Notes: generated from the letters alone by a model not told the origin. Counted from the first letter of the stretch, positions 1 to 14,904 are shown. The stretch is DNA of 64,000 nucleotides from Chrysomallon squamiferum (GCA_012295275.1 CM022672.1:18042001-18106000), one strand, 5' to 3'. Numbers and translations are program-made.

Positions 1-314
1 CGGTGGTGTGTGTTTTATTCTTGTTTCTTCTTCTTCTTTTCTTCTTCTTCTTTTTTTTCTTTTTTTTTGCATTTTTTTTTTTTTTTTTTACGATTTGGTT
101 TACAGTTGCGCTGATGCGAAGTGTTATTGGTTTCCATTTCAAAGGCCAGTCTTTCCTGTTTAATGATGATTAATTAATAATTATCTAATACGTCTGTCTT
201 GTCTATTTTTCTTCATAAATTACAGAACAGCTCGCTCGCTCTGACTGTTGCGCTGAAATTTCTTCTTTGGAGTCGAATGATTTTCTTTAGGGATAGCGAG
301 TGTTGTATTTGATC

Positions 315-315
315 T

Positions 316-390
<75 letters not shown>
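315..390. repeat. (TG)n microsatellite
   Basis: Direct reading. Confidence 0.95.
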
Positions 391-393
<3 letters not shown>

Positions 394-521
394 TCTTTAA
401 TTTCGTTTGTCATAGATATAATTACTACGTATGTGTGTGTGTGTATATATGTATGTATGAATGTATGTGTGTATGTGTATATATGTATGCATGAATGTAA
501 GTGTGTATATGTATGTATGTA

Positions 522-558
<37 letters not shown>

Positions 559-629
559 CAGTGACTATTTAATATTATGTTATAATTAGGACCAAAAGAT
601 AAAAAAAAAAAAAAAAACGACATCAAGAT

Positions 630-1750
630 TTTAAAACCGCCGCTCCAGCTTGCCAATCGTAATGAAGACTTTGTGGTCACGTGACCGTGTGGTATCACCC
701 ATCTAACTCGCCCTTTGGCCCGTGAAATACGTGTGCACTAGAGCAGACGACAGCGCTTCTGCAGCCTCGTGTTGATATTACGTTTTCGTTTTCTATTTGT
801 TTTTTAAAACGCGGTAGTCTCGGCAAGTAAACAGAAATCAAATTTTCGACTCAGAAGTGACACAGAAAAATAACAAAAGAAAGTGAAAGAAAGAAAAGAA
901 ATGCAATATATTTATTATTCTTGTTTTTCTTTTTTTAACGTAATAAAATGAAGAAAGAACGAAAGTGTGAAGTTTTGATTGTGCTTGTTGATAGTCGCTG
1001 AAAGGCGACGGTTTCTGTCTTTTTCTTCGTTTCACTTCTTCTGAAATCCAATCTGGGCGGGATTGTTTTCCCAGGAGAGAGGCGGCCATATTATCTGGTC
1101 TAACCGACTGCATTGTTAGTCAATGTCCCGTATATCACGTTGCTCGATGATAAGCCCAAAGCCAGAGATCGTAACCCCTACGTACAAGATAATGTCTCCG
1201 CTTTTGCAGAGAAAAACATCGCAGGACCAAAATAATTTTTTTTTTTTTTTTTTTGCACGATTTTTAGAATATTTTTGGCTTGTGGGGTTGTTGGGTTTTT
1301 TTTTTTTTTTTTTTTTTATACCGTCGTAGGGGAAGTGAGTAAACTTGTGTGTTTGGCATCCAGTCGCTTCAGCGCTTGTTTGAGCACGAACACATGATAC
1401 TTCATGCATGCGATGTTTGTCCGAAAATAATAATAATAGAAAAGAAAAATCGTCAGCGAGACGAGCAGAGATTTTTTTTTTTAGAGAGAAGCGATGGTGT
1501 CTGGTTGGGGCCAGTCTCTCGTAGACAGATGTGAACTCTCACAATCGACTGCTCATCTTTTTTTTTGGCATTGAGCCGAGCGCCTAATTGCAGCATGCGG
1601 CCGAGTTTACTTCTTCGGAAAAGCGCGTGCGTCGTCGCGTTTGTTGTCTTCCAGCGAAAAAAAACGCCACTTCGCAGTCAACAGTTGACAGTTGCAGACA
1701 TGTCGTGGCTGTCGCCGTTGTCGTAGTTTGTTTACAGATCAACCATCCCG
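630..1750. promoter_or_regulatory. Promoter-like CpG-richer region
   Basis: CCAAT boxes (~652, ~1048), palindrome GGTCACGTGACC (~674..685), GC box GGGCGG (~1055), YY1-like GCGGCCAT (~1082), and a CpG-dense stretch at 1570..1730. Confidence 0.45.
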
Positions 1751-2495
1751 TGGACTGCTGTTTTGTTGTTGTTGTTGTTGTTGTTGTTTTTGTTTTTTTT
1801 GTTTTCTGTTATTTTTTTCCTTCTTCTGGCGAGGATTACTTCGAGTAGAGTTTACACAGAACACGTTGTTATCTGTCTCTCTCTCTCTCTCTCTCTACTA
1901 CTACTACGGTTGATTTCGGCACTTTGTTTTTTGAACCGAACCAGCGTTGTTCACCGTGAGCTGGTTTTCTATTGCTTTCTGGATTAAAAATTGTTTTGTG
2001 GAAGACCAAGAAGAAGAAAAAGAATAAGAAGAACTGTGTTTCTTTGGTCGTATTTCAGGATAACTGGAACAAAGCTGTCCAGACTCGGATCTCATTGTTC
2101 TCAAAGAGACCGGCATTTTGTTCTACGATGTAGGAAAGCTGTTGAGGAAACCTGTTGCAGAAGAGAAGAATCAAGTAGGTTAAAATAACAGATGTCCGCT
2201 TCTTCTTTTTTTTATTATTATTATTTATTATCCATTTTTTTTTTTTTTTTTTTTTTTTACATCATTATGTCATCGTGTGGGGTATTTCCACGCACGAAGT
2301 TCCCTTCATCACTGCATCACATTTATCATAACTCGCCGATAACGCCTGGTTTATTATTACCCAATCACCTTATTCTATTATTAATATTCATTACGTCTGG
2401 CTCGATTCGAGAAATTACGTTACAGACCTAGTATGTTCGAGTTATCGATAGACAAAACTGTATACTACAAGCCTGTGGTTGTAATTTTGTCTTTG

Positions 2496-2532
<37 letters not shown>

Positions 2533-3327
2533 TATAAATTATCATAAAATTAATTAATTAAAAATTATCGAATAGCGTGTTGATGTCTCACGTTAAGTTT
2601 TATTTTTTTTTATTTTTTTTATTGTCAAAAAAAAAAAAAAAAAAAAAAAAAAACAGGTTTGAGGGATAATTTTTCGCACGAAGTAATATTTAATAACAGC
2701 TTCCTGTGTGACAAACTTATACATACTGAACAAAAAGTAAACTGCGTAGAAATTAATTTTTAAAATGAATTTAATCTAATATCGATATAATAAGAATTTA
2801 ATCTCTGTCAAAATAAAATTAATTATAGTGAGTGTATATAAACTAAAATTTGATTAATGACGTTAATCTTCTTGGGCTTTTTCCTTCCTTTGTTTGTTTG
2901 TTTGTTTATTGGCTTTTTAATTTTCTTCGTCTTTGTTCATTTTCTAGAGAATACAGGAAAGCAATATCATCCAAGTTTGCATTCAGTTATTATATGATTT
3001 TTTTATATAATTTGCAGGAATGGTACAAAATTTGTGTATATTTTATTTATATTCGAGTATGTTTGTGTATGTTTCTTTATGTTTGAATATGAACGTGTAT
3101 GTGTGTGTGAGAGAAAACCAAAAAAAAAAAACATTACTTATTTCTGTCCTGTAGGACAAACATTTTTCTTTTCTCGATAGACTAATTCACGGGCGTATCC
3201 ACTAAGAATGGCGATGGTAGGAGGGGCAACTGTCCTAACACATTTGTACAAAACAGGGAGGGAAAAAGATTGTTTCTTTTTTTTTTTATTAATCGACAAA
3301 CAGTTTTGGACAAACCGACCTCTGTGC

Positions 3328-3608
3328 CAGTGGCGTGCAGAGGTCTGGTGATGCCCGGGGCCAACTCCTTGATTGTTTGCCCCAAAGACTCAGAATAAGG
3401 CCTGGTACTGAAAAATATTACGAGAAAGGAAAATATTTTTGAATATGTAAACACAGACGAAATGTAAAATAAAACACTTTATTCGATTTAAATATAAATC
3501 AACCAAAATTTATTAAGTTTTTTTTGTCTGACTGAATGCCTCCCCCCCACCATTTTGGATACCCCGGGACCACCGCCCCTTCGCCATCCTCCCATCTGCA
3601 CGCCACAG
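3328..3608. mobile_element. Non-autonomous DNA transposon (MITE, hAT-like CAG termini)
   Basis: Terminal inverted repeats CAGTGGCGTGCAGA (3328..3341) and TCTGCACGCCACAG (3595..3608), 13/14 match; GC-rich subterminal CCCGGG blocks around an AT-rich core; no clear 8-bp TSD. Confidence 0.7.
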
Positions 3609-4528
3609 CTCACTAACCCCCCCCCTCCTATTAAACCGCACTCCCGCGGATTCATTTAATACGCAATAAGGACGGAACGAAATCTTCCCACTTTAATCAT
3701 TTTTCATTTCCATTTGTGCCAGACTCCTCCCCCTCCCCCCCGTACAAACTTTCAGTTTTATTTCACCCCCCCCTCCCCCCACTACTAATGGCTTTCCACT
3801 GGGTGAACCAGCAGCATCGCAGTGATTTATAAACTTACTTTTCTAATTCCACGTCTGTACGTGTACGTCGGGATGCTTTTGCTCAGATTACTGTTTACTA
3901 CGGTCGTATTCAAACAGGTGTCCTACCTGTTTTGTTTACTCTGCCCCAAAACCAGGGGATCAAGTGGACAGCCTCCGACTTCAACATGTGTTTTTGTCTG
4001 ATGTTCATAATCTCTATTTTTATCTTTTCTTTTTTAAACGAGGTTTTTTTTTTTTTTTTTTTTTTTTTGTTTCATTATTTTTTTTTTTCTCTCTTCTTTA
4101 TCTCTCTCTCTCTCTGTCTGTCTCTTTCTTTTTCGTGTAATTTGTAATTCAGATGACTGTTCACGCTTTTTCAAGCTAGTTGGACGGCAGATGCAAAATC
4201 ACACGTTTTCCTGATATGAATTTGCATAAACTGACTTATAATGTTGACTTATGGATCATTGCTGGCTTAGAAAGTCGTTGGGGGTATGCGTGGTTTTCGG
4301 TGATATATGATTTGTATAAGGGTGGTGGTGTTTTTTTTTTGTGTGTGATATATATTATTTTTTTTTTTTTTTGTAAATCTGCGGTGGATCTGTGGGGTAT
4401 TAGGTTGCGTTTTCTGTCGCTACTGAAAAAGAAAATAAAACAAATTATAAATGCTGTAGGTAATTTCCGACGTGTTGCTGTGTGTGTATGTAAATGCTGT
4501 GTGTGTGTGGTGGGTATATCATGTTTGT

Positions 4529-4571
<43 letters not shown>

Positions 4572-5497
4572 GTGATATATTTCTATATGTCTATGTCTAT
4601 GTATGTTCATATACGTGCGTGAATAAATGTGTTTGTACATATGTAAATAATGTCTGGAACGTATAGATGGGAGTATGTATAACTACATCTCTATTGTGTG
4701 TGTTCGTCTGTGCGTACGTTTGTACGAGTACGTACATCTGAGAGTGTGTGTTTGTGTTTGTCTGTGTATTACTAACAATACATTTTCCATTATTTAACCG
4801 TTTCATCGTTTACTAAACACACATAAAAATATATAACACACGGATCCAGAATGTTCTCTCTCTCCCTCTACACGCTCGTTTCCCCCACTAAATACACGCC
4901 AAGCAGTGTTATGCTTTGCTAGTCAAGGTATTTGTTTTAAGTACCACAGATGTTCAGCAGTAACAAACTGCTGAGTCACAAGCTGGGTGGGCTAGGTCAA
5001 CACTTTCCAGTCGTTAAACTCAATTAAATCATTAAGCATCATTTTATATGTATATAAAACAGAAAACCGATACCACACATCTACAGCTACCCAACGCACG
5101 ACACAAGCTCTCTCTCTTCAGTGTGCTTCGTTTTATACGAGTGAAGTTTTTTGTATTATTAATATTTTTAAAACAAATATTTGCGAATATATTTTCTTTT
5201 TTTTTTTCAATTTCGTTTTCGCGATATACATACATGTGTGTGTGTGTATGTGTGTGTGTGTGTCAGAGTGTGTGTATAATATATATAAACAATGATTAAG
5301 GAAAAAATGATGTTATACAATACTGTTGTTCTCTGGGGGGTCCTGTTACCGTTTACTTATTAAGTTTATCGCTTTGTTGGCAAAACCTGATTAATCAACC
5401 ATTTTACAAATAACACCTGAACAGGTAGGTCATGTTCGTTATTCTTATCATCGTCATCGACTTCACCAATCTCATCATCATCCTCATAATTGTTGTT

Positions 5498-5534
<37 letters not shown>

Positions 5535-6075
5535 TACTATTATTATTATTATTATTATTATTACTATATCATATGTAAGAGCAAAATGATACTGTAATAG
5601 TAACTTGTTTGTACCACATGTAGTAGAAGCGCATTGTATTAGTATTGTTTAACGTAATAATAGTATTAATAAATTGTGAAGCAGCAGTAGTAATATTTTT
5701 TCTTGGACAGTGAAATAGTTTGATGTTGTTCTCCAACCAGACACCTTTTAACCTTCAGTGATGTAAATAGTGTTACGAATGATTGCTTTATTGAGCAGTA
5801 AGTAATAAAAGTAAAGTTGCAGTGAACACGGACGTCAGGCAAAGTTAGGTTGTAACGGTTTATCGTTGTGGAGAGGCTAAGTTAGAACAGTTTCACGTTC
5901 TGATCGTTGTTTTTGCCGATAGCAAAATGTCGGAGAAACAAAATTCTACGTTGATTAGATTATTAATAATAATAATAATTATAATAATAATAATAATATA
6001 TTAACGATAACAATAACAACAACAACAACAAAAACGACGATAACAACAACACAACAACAACAACAACGATACTAT

Positions 6076-6125
<50 letters not shown>

Positions 6126-7102
6126 ATAATAATAATAATAATAATAATACACACAACACACACACATATATACACGCGCACCCGTGCAAACAGAGAGATA
6201 AGTAAACAGATTACAGACATAAAATTAATATGCAAAAACGTAATCATTCTGGTTTCGCTGAATTTCGCATCGACTGCTTCACACGTACGGCTAAATTAAT
6301 TGTGTACTTACGTTCGAACGATAAGACAGAAACACGATACGAGTGAAGATGTAATTAAATTGGCTCTCATAACGATCCGACTCTTCTTAATAAACACACA
6401 CTTGAGATGGGAGGCAAACACACGCGGCGTATCGTTAATCATAATTTCTTCTTTCAAATTTTTTTTTTTTCTTCTTCGTCTTTTTTTTTTTTTATAGTGA
6501 TACGCAATCGTTAGAGGTATCTGGTGATAAAGTAAAGAGATGGAAAGATAACTTTAGTTAAACACTGATTATGTCTGAAAAAAAAAATTTAAAATTAAAA
6601 TACCTTCTTATTTTTCTTTTTTTACGTCGTACGTTATCTGTGAGTGTCTTGCTGTCGGTTTTGGGTTCGAGTCTCGGTAGCTCGTGAAGTGATACTGTTC
6701 TTAGATTTGTAGTCGTAGTTCGTCATCTGCTTGTTCTTTACAGTTTACGTTGGTCTTCGTTCACTTTCAGCTGTAAACTTAAAATCACAAACGTTTCTGT
6801 ATGCACACGTATGTAGTGACACACACACACACACACACAACAAACATATACACACGCACTCGCAGTTATAAACACGCATAAAGTATGTAATTATACATAC
6901 ACATACGTAAACACATATGAGATATATACATAAATACACACACACATACACACACATTTACGAACACCCACAGTATTTTTTTTTTAATTTTAATTTTTTT
7001 TTTTTTAAAGAAGAACAAAATCTGATTCACACGTCTACCCTGAAGTGACCCTTTCCAGTCTCCTAGAAAGACTGGATTTGTATCGCAATATCCACAGTGT
7101 AC

Positions 7103-7263
<161 letters not shown>

Positions 7264-8102
7264 GGTACCACCACTAAGCCAGAATACACACTGCCGTATT
7301 ATCAACATCATTAACGACATAATTATTCTGATGAATACTAAGATAATTATTTCCCACGTCGTTTTTTTTTTTTATGATTCCCTGGGAGAGCGTTTTCAGC
7401 CTTCCAGAATTTCCTTCATAATGAGTCATTATTACGATGAAGAAAACAGAATAATCCCATTCGGTGAAATAAAAAAATAAAAAAATAATAAGACGCAGAC
7501 TTGGCCATTCATCTCCTTTATGGAACGGCGCATGATTTCCTTAAACTGAATAGAGTAGTTTATCCTGCTGATAGCGCTGATATAAGTCCGCATTGTGTTC
7601 CCTTGTATTCGATGGACTTCTGTAATATTTTCACAGTTTATTCTGATTACACTGATTGTATTAAATTAACTGATACTCGGTGTCGTGTGTACCTTTGAAC
7701 GCAGTAGACGCGTATAAATCAAAAAAGAAACAGTTTCAGTCTGCTCTGTGATATGTTGAAGTATACAGAGCTCCGGTTGTTTGTTGTTTTTTTTGGGTTT
7801 TTTTTTGGTATTTGTATAGTTATTCGGTGGTTTTGATGGGTTATTTATTTTGTTTTAATTAATTTGTGTTTGTTAATTTTTTTTATTCCCTTCCAAGTAT
7901 TTTTTTTTTTATAATTTCTTTTTTTTTTTTTTTTTTTTTTTTAGAGGTTTCACTTTGTTTCGTGATTTTTAGGGTATTAAAAAAAAAATGTTTTTTTTTT
8001 TTTTTTTTACTTTATCGTATTTATTATTTAATGTTATTTTATTTTATTTATTTTTAAATTATATTTCTGACCTTTAACGTATTAGCTATATATCGTTTTC
8101 TT

Positions 8103-8141
<39 letters not shown>

Positions 8142-8399
8142 TATTTTTCAACTTTAACGTTTTAGTTTTTCTTTTCTTTTCTTTTCTTTTTCTTTTTCAT
8201 TTCTTTTTCTTTTCTTTATTTTTAAATTTAAATTTTTTTTAGGGGTTTTTGAAAAATCACTCTATTAATTTTTTTTTTTCTGTTTACAAGTAACAGAAAG
8301 CTTACTTTCTTCTGGCAGTAATCCAAACCCAGGATTATAAGCAAGGCAGAAAATACGTGTCAAATAAATAACTTCAAAATGCACACGAACTTAAAAGTG

Positions 8400-8505
8400 C
8401 ATTTCGTTTTGATGATGGACAAGTGTGCGTGGCCGGCAAGCTTCACGCAGCCTCAGTCGCTCACTTCCGAGTCACGTGATTCCGACGTTTTAGCCGCCAT
8501 CATGA
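8400..8505. promoter_or_regulatory. Compact promoter/enhancer-like motif cluster
   Basis: ETS CACTTCCG, E-box GTCACGTGAT and YY1-like GCCGCCATC within about 45 bp of a GC-richer island. Confidence 0.35.
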
Positions 8506-8559
8506 TGATATATATATATAAAAATAATCAGACGTTGCTGGTGTTTGTACGTACCCGCA

Positions 8560-9500
8560 GTTACTATTTTTAGTAATAGTATCAGTGGATACTGTCAGTA
8601 TTCGGATATTATAGCAGATTTCACTGCAGATGTTTATAGTTCTGCAGTGCTGCTATTAATAGAAACGCCGTGCTGATTATTAATAGACAAACAGTTGGTA
8701 TTTACAGCCGTGTTAATGTTGCTATTTATAGAAACGAAACCGTTGCGTGTTCTACCGATGTTAAAAAGACACGCTTCTGATATTTGTTTCCCCGTAGTGT
8801 TTATTATCTGTGTCCGTGTAGTGTTATTTATGTCCGTCCGTATAGTGTTATTTATAAGCACATAACGTTATTTATTTATAAACGCTTAACGTTATTATTT
8901 ATAGTACTATAACGTTACTATTTATGTCCGTGGTTGTTATTTCTTTAGAGTGTTATTATTTATAGCAGTGCTGTGTTATTATTAAATTTTATGTCCGTAT
9001 AATGTTATTATTTATATCCTTAGAGTGTTATTATTTACGTCTGCATGGTGTTGTTATTAACATCGGTTTAGCGTTGTTGTTTATGTCTGTGTATGTTACT
9101 CTCTACAGCCGTATACACCTGTTATTGACGTACATACAATGATCTTTACATCCACACAGTATTATTATTTACTTCTGTCTATCGTTATTACTTATGTCTG
9201 TGTATATCATTATTTATATCCCTGTAGTGTTATTATTTATTTCCGTGCAGTGTTGTTATTTCTGTCCGCGTAGTGTTATTATTATTTATAGTCGTAAAGT
9301 GTTATAATCTATAATCGTAACGTGTTATTATTTATAATCGTAAAGTGTTAAAGTTTAATTCTCTGTATGGTTATTATTTATAACAATTTATACGCTGGTC
9401 TTTATGACCGTGTTATTTTGATAGCCGCAATATTAACATAACATGGATGTTATTAACAGGCTTGGGGTCCTTGATATTTATAGAATGCTGTTGACATTTA
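8560..9500. repeat. Degenerate ~23-bp minisatellite
   Basis: Dozens of diverged units around GTAGTGTTATTATTTATRTCC. Confidence 0.7.
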
Positions 9501-11049
9501 TAGCCATACTGTTATGATATTAATATTCACGAAGTCGTAATATATAAGTAATTTGACATTTATAGGAATATATCAGTAAAAATGCAATACGATATATATA
9601 TATATATATAGCAGCATAATTGATATTTACAGCTAATAAATATACAGTGCCGATATCAATATACGTGTAGAGATATATAGTGCTGAAATAATACACTGTT
9701 CATAATGTGCATGTGATACTGATATATCAAGAGGTATCCAGTTTTTATAGTAATATACATGTAATAATATTGTTATCTACAGATGTAAGATGCTAATATC
9801 AATGTGCATTTGGCATATCTGTGAAAGGTACTCTGCCTATATCAATATAATTTGACAGCTGACATATATACATGCATGCATACATACCTACATACCTGCA
9901 TACATACCTGCATACATACATATAAATAGTGCTAATATATTGTATAAAGAATAAAATCAAGGGTTAGTATTTAAAACTCTAAACTCATTATTATTATCAT
10001 TAGCCATAATGAGCTAGATTCCAGTCTTTAACATCTTTCAGACAGTTTTTCGTAAAAAAAAAAAAAAAATAAAAATTTAAAAAAAAAATGATGACTTAAA
10101 AAGTCAAACTAGGTTTAGCGTTTAATGCGAAGGGGTCAGTTTCGTTCAGGAGATTATCTTTCCTGTAAGCAGATTATCTCTGAGAGATAATCTCGTTAGG
10201 GTTATCAGTTTTAGTGGTGAATACTGGCTTCATTAAATGCAGAGATGATGGTAGGAAGGAGAGGTTATCAAATAAACTAACGCGGCTGTGAGAAATACGA
10301 AGTATCTACCTCGTGTTGTTTTTAGCGAAATATCATGCGACTATTTATATATATACATATATAGGCTATATCACATATCTGTGTGATAAAACAAAAATAA
10401 TAATAGTAGCAGTAGTAGTAGTAACAGTAGTACTACAACTACTGCAGCTACTACTACTGCAATTATTAATACGTAAATATAATGATATGGAAAAAACAAA
10501 ACAAGAGATGAACCCTTATAAATAAAGTTTTGCTGAGAAAGAGGAACGTTTTGTGTGTGTGTGTGTGGTAAGAGAAAAAGAAAAGAAAAAAAGAAAAACA
10601 TACAAGAAATCTAGGCACAGGGAAAAGCAGACAGTCTGAGAGACAAACAGACACACAGACGGACAGAGAAAGGGGACAGATGTCGAGTCAAACAAAAAGC
10701 AACATTTCAGACAGAAAAAGAAACATAGGTTCCGAGCTGGTGTCGTTGTTTAAGACGGGGTAATAACTGTCACGAACGAAACAAGTGGCAACTTTGTTAT
10801 TCACGCCGTCGTTGTTCTGTACAGCGCGTATAACCTGACCCGCACAGAGAAGAAACACCACATCACGGCGATCTTAAAAACCGATACAGCAATAAAAATC
10901 GTTTTGTGTGATCCTGGTATAGCGCTGTGTAATTTAAGACAGTCCCGACATAAGTAATAGTAATTCGTTTGATCGTAGAAGTATAAAAACAACCAAAAAA
11001 AAAACAACCCCCAAAACAAACACTGTCGGTTAAAGTTTAAACAAGAGTG

Positions 11050-11230
11050 AAAATGTAAGAAATAGTTTATTCAACGAAGCGTTGAGAACGTTGGTATCAG
11101 TTAGCAGCAAAGTATCTGTTTTCTCAACCTTCCCGTAGACAATGCACTGCCTACAAACGTATTTGATAAGCCAGTCGTGGAGCATTGACTGAACTGGAAA
11201 ATAGTCTAAAAGTCACGAGAGAGGTATACC
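11050..11230 (-). mobile_element. Decayed SINE-like fragment
   Basis: Reverse complement contains AGATACTTTGCTGCTAACT, resembling the core (TCCCTTGCTGCTAATCG-like) seen at ~22545, ~61370 and ~61836. Confidence 0.45.
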
Positions 11231-11307
11231 CACAATTTCGCTGATCGACCTACATGCACGCGCACACACGAACGCACGCACGCACGCACATGCACCTTCA
11301 CACACAT

Positions 11308-11341
<34 letters not shown>

Positions 11342-11354
11342 TGCATTTGTGTTT

Positions 11355-11389
<35 letters not shown>

Positions 11390-12875
11390 ATGTAATGAAA
11401 CTTCTTTAACCTTAAAAGTTGTGTATCTTCATAACGAATGGCACCCCCTCCCCTTTTCTGTAATCACGGATTCGTCCTTGCTGGATTACAATAAGCAGCA
11501 ACAAGCTGTCTTTCTTTTGTCTGCACTTTAACTTAAACTCCGAAACAGACGAGCTTTTGTTGCACTGGTTTTATCTCGGAGACTGGAACAGAAAACATTT
11601 CAACACGTTCACAGCGACGTATCAATTCCACGACCTTAGTTTTTTTATAAAGATATAATTAATACCAGCTAACAGTTGTCGTCAGAGTCTGGGATAAACC
11701 AAACAACCTTTACTGTATAGTGTGTCTGTTTTTGTTTTTCTTTTGTGTCTGTGTCTGTGTGTGTCTGTGTATGTGTGTGTGCGTCTTAGAGAGAGTGTGT
11801 GTGTGTGTGTGTGTGCGTGCGTGTGTGTGTGTGTGTGCGCGCGTGTGTTTTGTCTGTGTGTGTGTGCGACTGTGTATGCATTTGTTAAAGTCACTGTAAT
11901 TTTTCTGGAAAAGGTAACGGTTATGTTTTAAAATGTCATGTCAGATCTGTCTAAAATAAAATTAAAGATTAAGCTACCTATTTTGTACACTTACATACAC
12001 AGGTAGAGATATATATATACTCACACAGACACACACATACACACACGTTCACACATACATATATACATATACACATATATAAACACACATACACATACTG
12101 CCTGTGGGGTATTTATACTTCAGTTTCTGCTTTTTATGACTTTTTAAACTGAATCAAACACATATTCATATATATACCCAACAGCATTCGTGTACGTAAG
12201 TGAGCTATTATGTCGTTATTTTCAATGGATTCGTTTTTAACACTTGTTGCCGTCGCGCTAAGTCTACACAGACTGTAACGATTTCGTCTGACAGCACAAA
12301 AATTAGTCATCGACTTTATTTGCCCTACTCGGATGACCGACCTACCTTTTTACAGGTAAGTCGCCTCCAGGCTTGCAATTACTTAGTCTACAGGTAATAT
12401 ACGGTATGTATGTGTGTGTGTGTGTGTGTGTGTGTGACTGTTTTTGTGTGTAAGTGTGTGTGAGTGTGTGTCAGTCTGTATCTGTATGTATGTGTGTATG
12501 TGTGTCTGTGTTCGTATAGACTAGTCGAGTGTTTAGTGCTGATTTAACAAGTAGGCTACACGTTGACATAGATACCCACACACAGTTGTACCTGTTTATG
12601 TACTTAACATACGTTATACTCATCGAAACGCGAATATACATAATATAACTTGCACACATACGTTACACGCGCACGCGATTACACAATGCACGCGTATAAT
12701 ATGCGGTTACGTGTGCGAACATTAATAGATATATAAACACACACTCGCATACACTGTATAGCCATAAACACAAACAAACAGCAGGACAGACACACACACA
12801 CACACACACACAGAGAGATACCCATACACACAAACAGCCGTACACCCATACTCACATATATAAACACAATCTTAC

Positions 12876-12887
12876 CTGAGTCACCAT
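12876..12887 (-). other. Candidate first coding mini-exon (MVTQ) of a minus-strand gene
   Basis: Reverse complement GCAATGGTGACTCAG|GTAAGA: ATG in good context and a near-consensus donor; no downstream exon identified. Confidence 0.3.
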
Positions 12888-13026
12888 TGCTAGCAGTACT
12901 TGGCTTTCACCCAGCCCGTTACGCCTTGGACAAATCAACAACACTGTCTGTTTGACCGAGGGGTTCAAAAAGCTACGAAAGGTCGGACTGTGATAACACA
13001 CATACACACACACAAACACACATTAT

Positions 13027-13060
<34 letters not shown>

Positions 13061-13455
13061 CGCTCTCTCTCTCGCTCGCTCTCTCTCTCTCTCTCTCGCC
13101 GACTCGCTTTGTAGGCTTGTTGTAAATCTTCCGACAGATGTGTCTACCAGCGTTATTAAGTCGTGAATGCGAAATACTTCTTAGATTATACGACTGTTCT
13201 TTTCTCTCACTTATATATATATATATAGTTTTTTTCTTCTTCTTCAGTTTGTTTTTAACTAGTTGTACTTGTCTGTGCTATTCAGGTTTGTCTGGGTTTA
13301 ATGAACACAAAGTGTGTAGTACGCATGTATCACCCGAGTCGACGAGGCGAGGCTCCACTCGACTCGACTCGGCTCGGCTTGGCTTGGCTTGCTTGGCCTA
13401 ACCGAACTCTTCACAGAGAGTGGCGTTAGTCGCGTGATCTCTTTTATTTTATCAG

Positions 13456-13510
13456 TCTAAAGATTGAGCACGATGGATAGGACGGTTCTTGGCGAAGCTG
13501 TTCGTAGTAG
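13456..13510 (+). other. Candidate exon with ATG (MDRTVLGEAVRS, phase 2)
   Basis: Acceptor cttttattttatcag|, ATG at 13473 in context ACGATGG, donor AG|GTAAGA at 13511. Confidence 0.3.
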
Positions 13511-13524
13511 GTAAGACAGACTGA

Positions 13525-13752
<228 letters not shown>

Positions 13753-14169
13753 ATGGTGAAACAGTGTTCTGGAAAGACTTACAGATAATGCTGGTAGTTA
13801 TGTCGATCCTGGGGATTTGGTTTTTATCGCGTAACAGTGTTTACTCACTCACTCACTGCCTGGTGTACGTAACACTATTGTCTGCTGTTAAACGTGCTTC
13901 AGGAATCGTTAGTTAAAGGTTACTATCGTTGTCACTACTATGTGTTTGATTTGGGCAGTGGTTTGTAGTGAATGTATTTCCTTTCGCCTACTTCTGTTTG
14001 GTTAGCGGTGGTGTCAGGTTTGTACATACATTTATATCTATCAGAAAGATTTCTTTCAATGGTTGTAATTTTTTATTAATGGTTTTTTTTTTTTTTTTTT
14101 TTTTTTGCAGGAAAAAGGGAGTGTCGCACCTACGTCAGCGACACTTTGCGATTGACTGACAAGCAGCTA

Positions 14170-14177
14170 CTATAAAT
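14170..14177 (+). promoter_or_regulatory. Candidate TATA box of proximal MMP21 promoter
   Basis: TATAAATA about 730 bp upstream of the ATG, followed by repeat-poor, A-rich leader-like sequence. Confidence 0.4.
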
Positions 14178-14740
14178 ACATCCGCTTCACTATGTAACAA
14201 AGTCCTACAACAGTCCAAATGCTGTGTAAAAAGCCATGTTTCCACCTCTCGCTTTTCAATGTGTCTTCGCGGATTGGCGACTTCATACATAGACTGATTT
14301 TGCGGAAGACGCCAAACAAGGACCCATAAAGCTCATAAACCGAATGCGTTCAACCAACAGTGGACTAAATCTGTTGTCAGAGATAAAAGAGTTTGACAAG
14401 AGAGACTAATTCATTCATTCACAAAGTTACTCAAAAGAGCTGGATCAACGAACGGATCATTAAATAATTTTGCAAGCACAAACTCAAAAGAGCGGAACCG
14501 GCATTGGACTAGTATTTCTAGAACAGAAGTTAAAAAAAAAAAAAAAGAAAGAAAGAAAAGAAAGATAAATACATATTTCTAATTCGACTTGAAGAGCAAA
14601 AAAACTGATTTACACAGATTAAAATTTATTCTTTTTCCTTGGACCAACAGAGATAATATAAAAAAAAAAAAAAAGAAGAAGACAGACCATTAAGGAACAG
14701 GACCAATTAAAAACGAAGATACTGACCAATAAATTAGAAG

Positions 14741-14771
<31 letters not shown>

Positions 14772-14904
14772 ACAAAACAAATTGTGAACTTTTTCTTCCT
14801 GCGATATAACAGAAGAAAAACCCAAAAAATAAAATAAAATAAAATAAAATAAAAAACAAACCTCGCGGTCTGAAACGGATGATCACGTTGTCTTGCTGAC
14901 AGGA

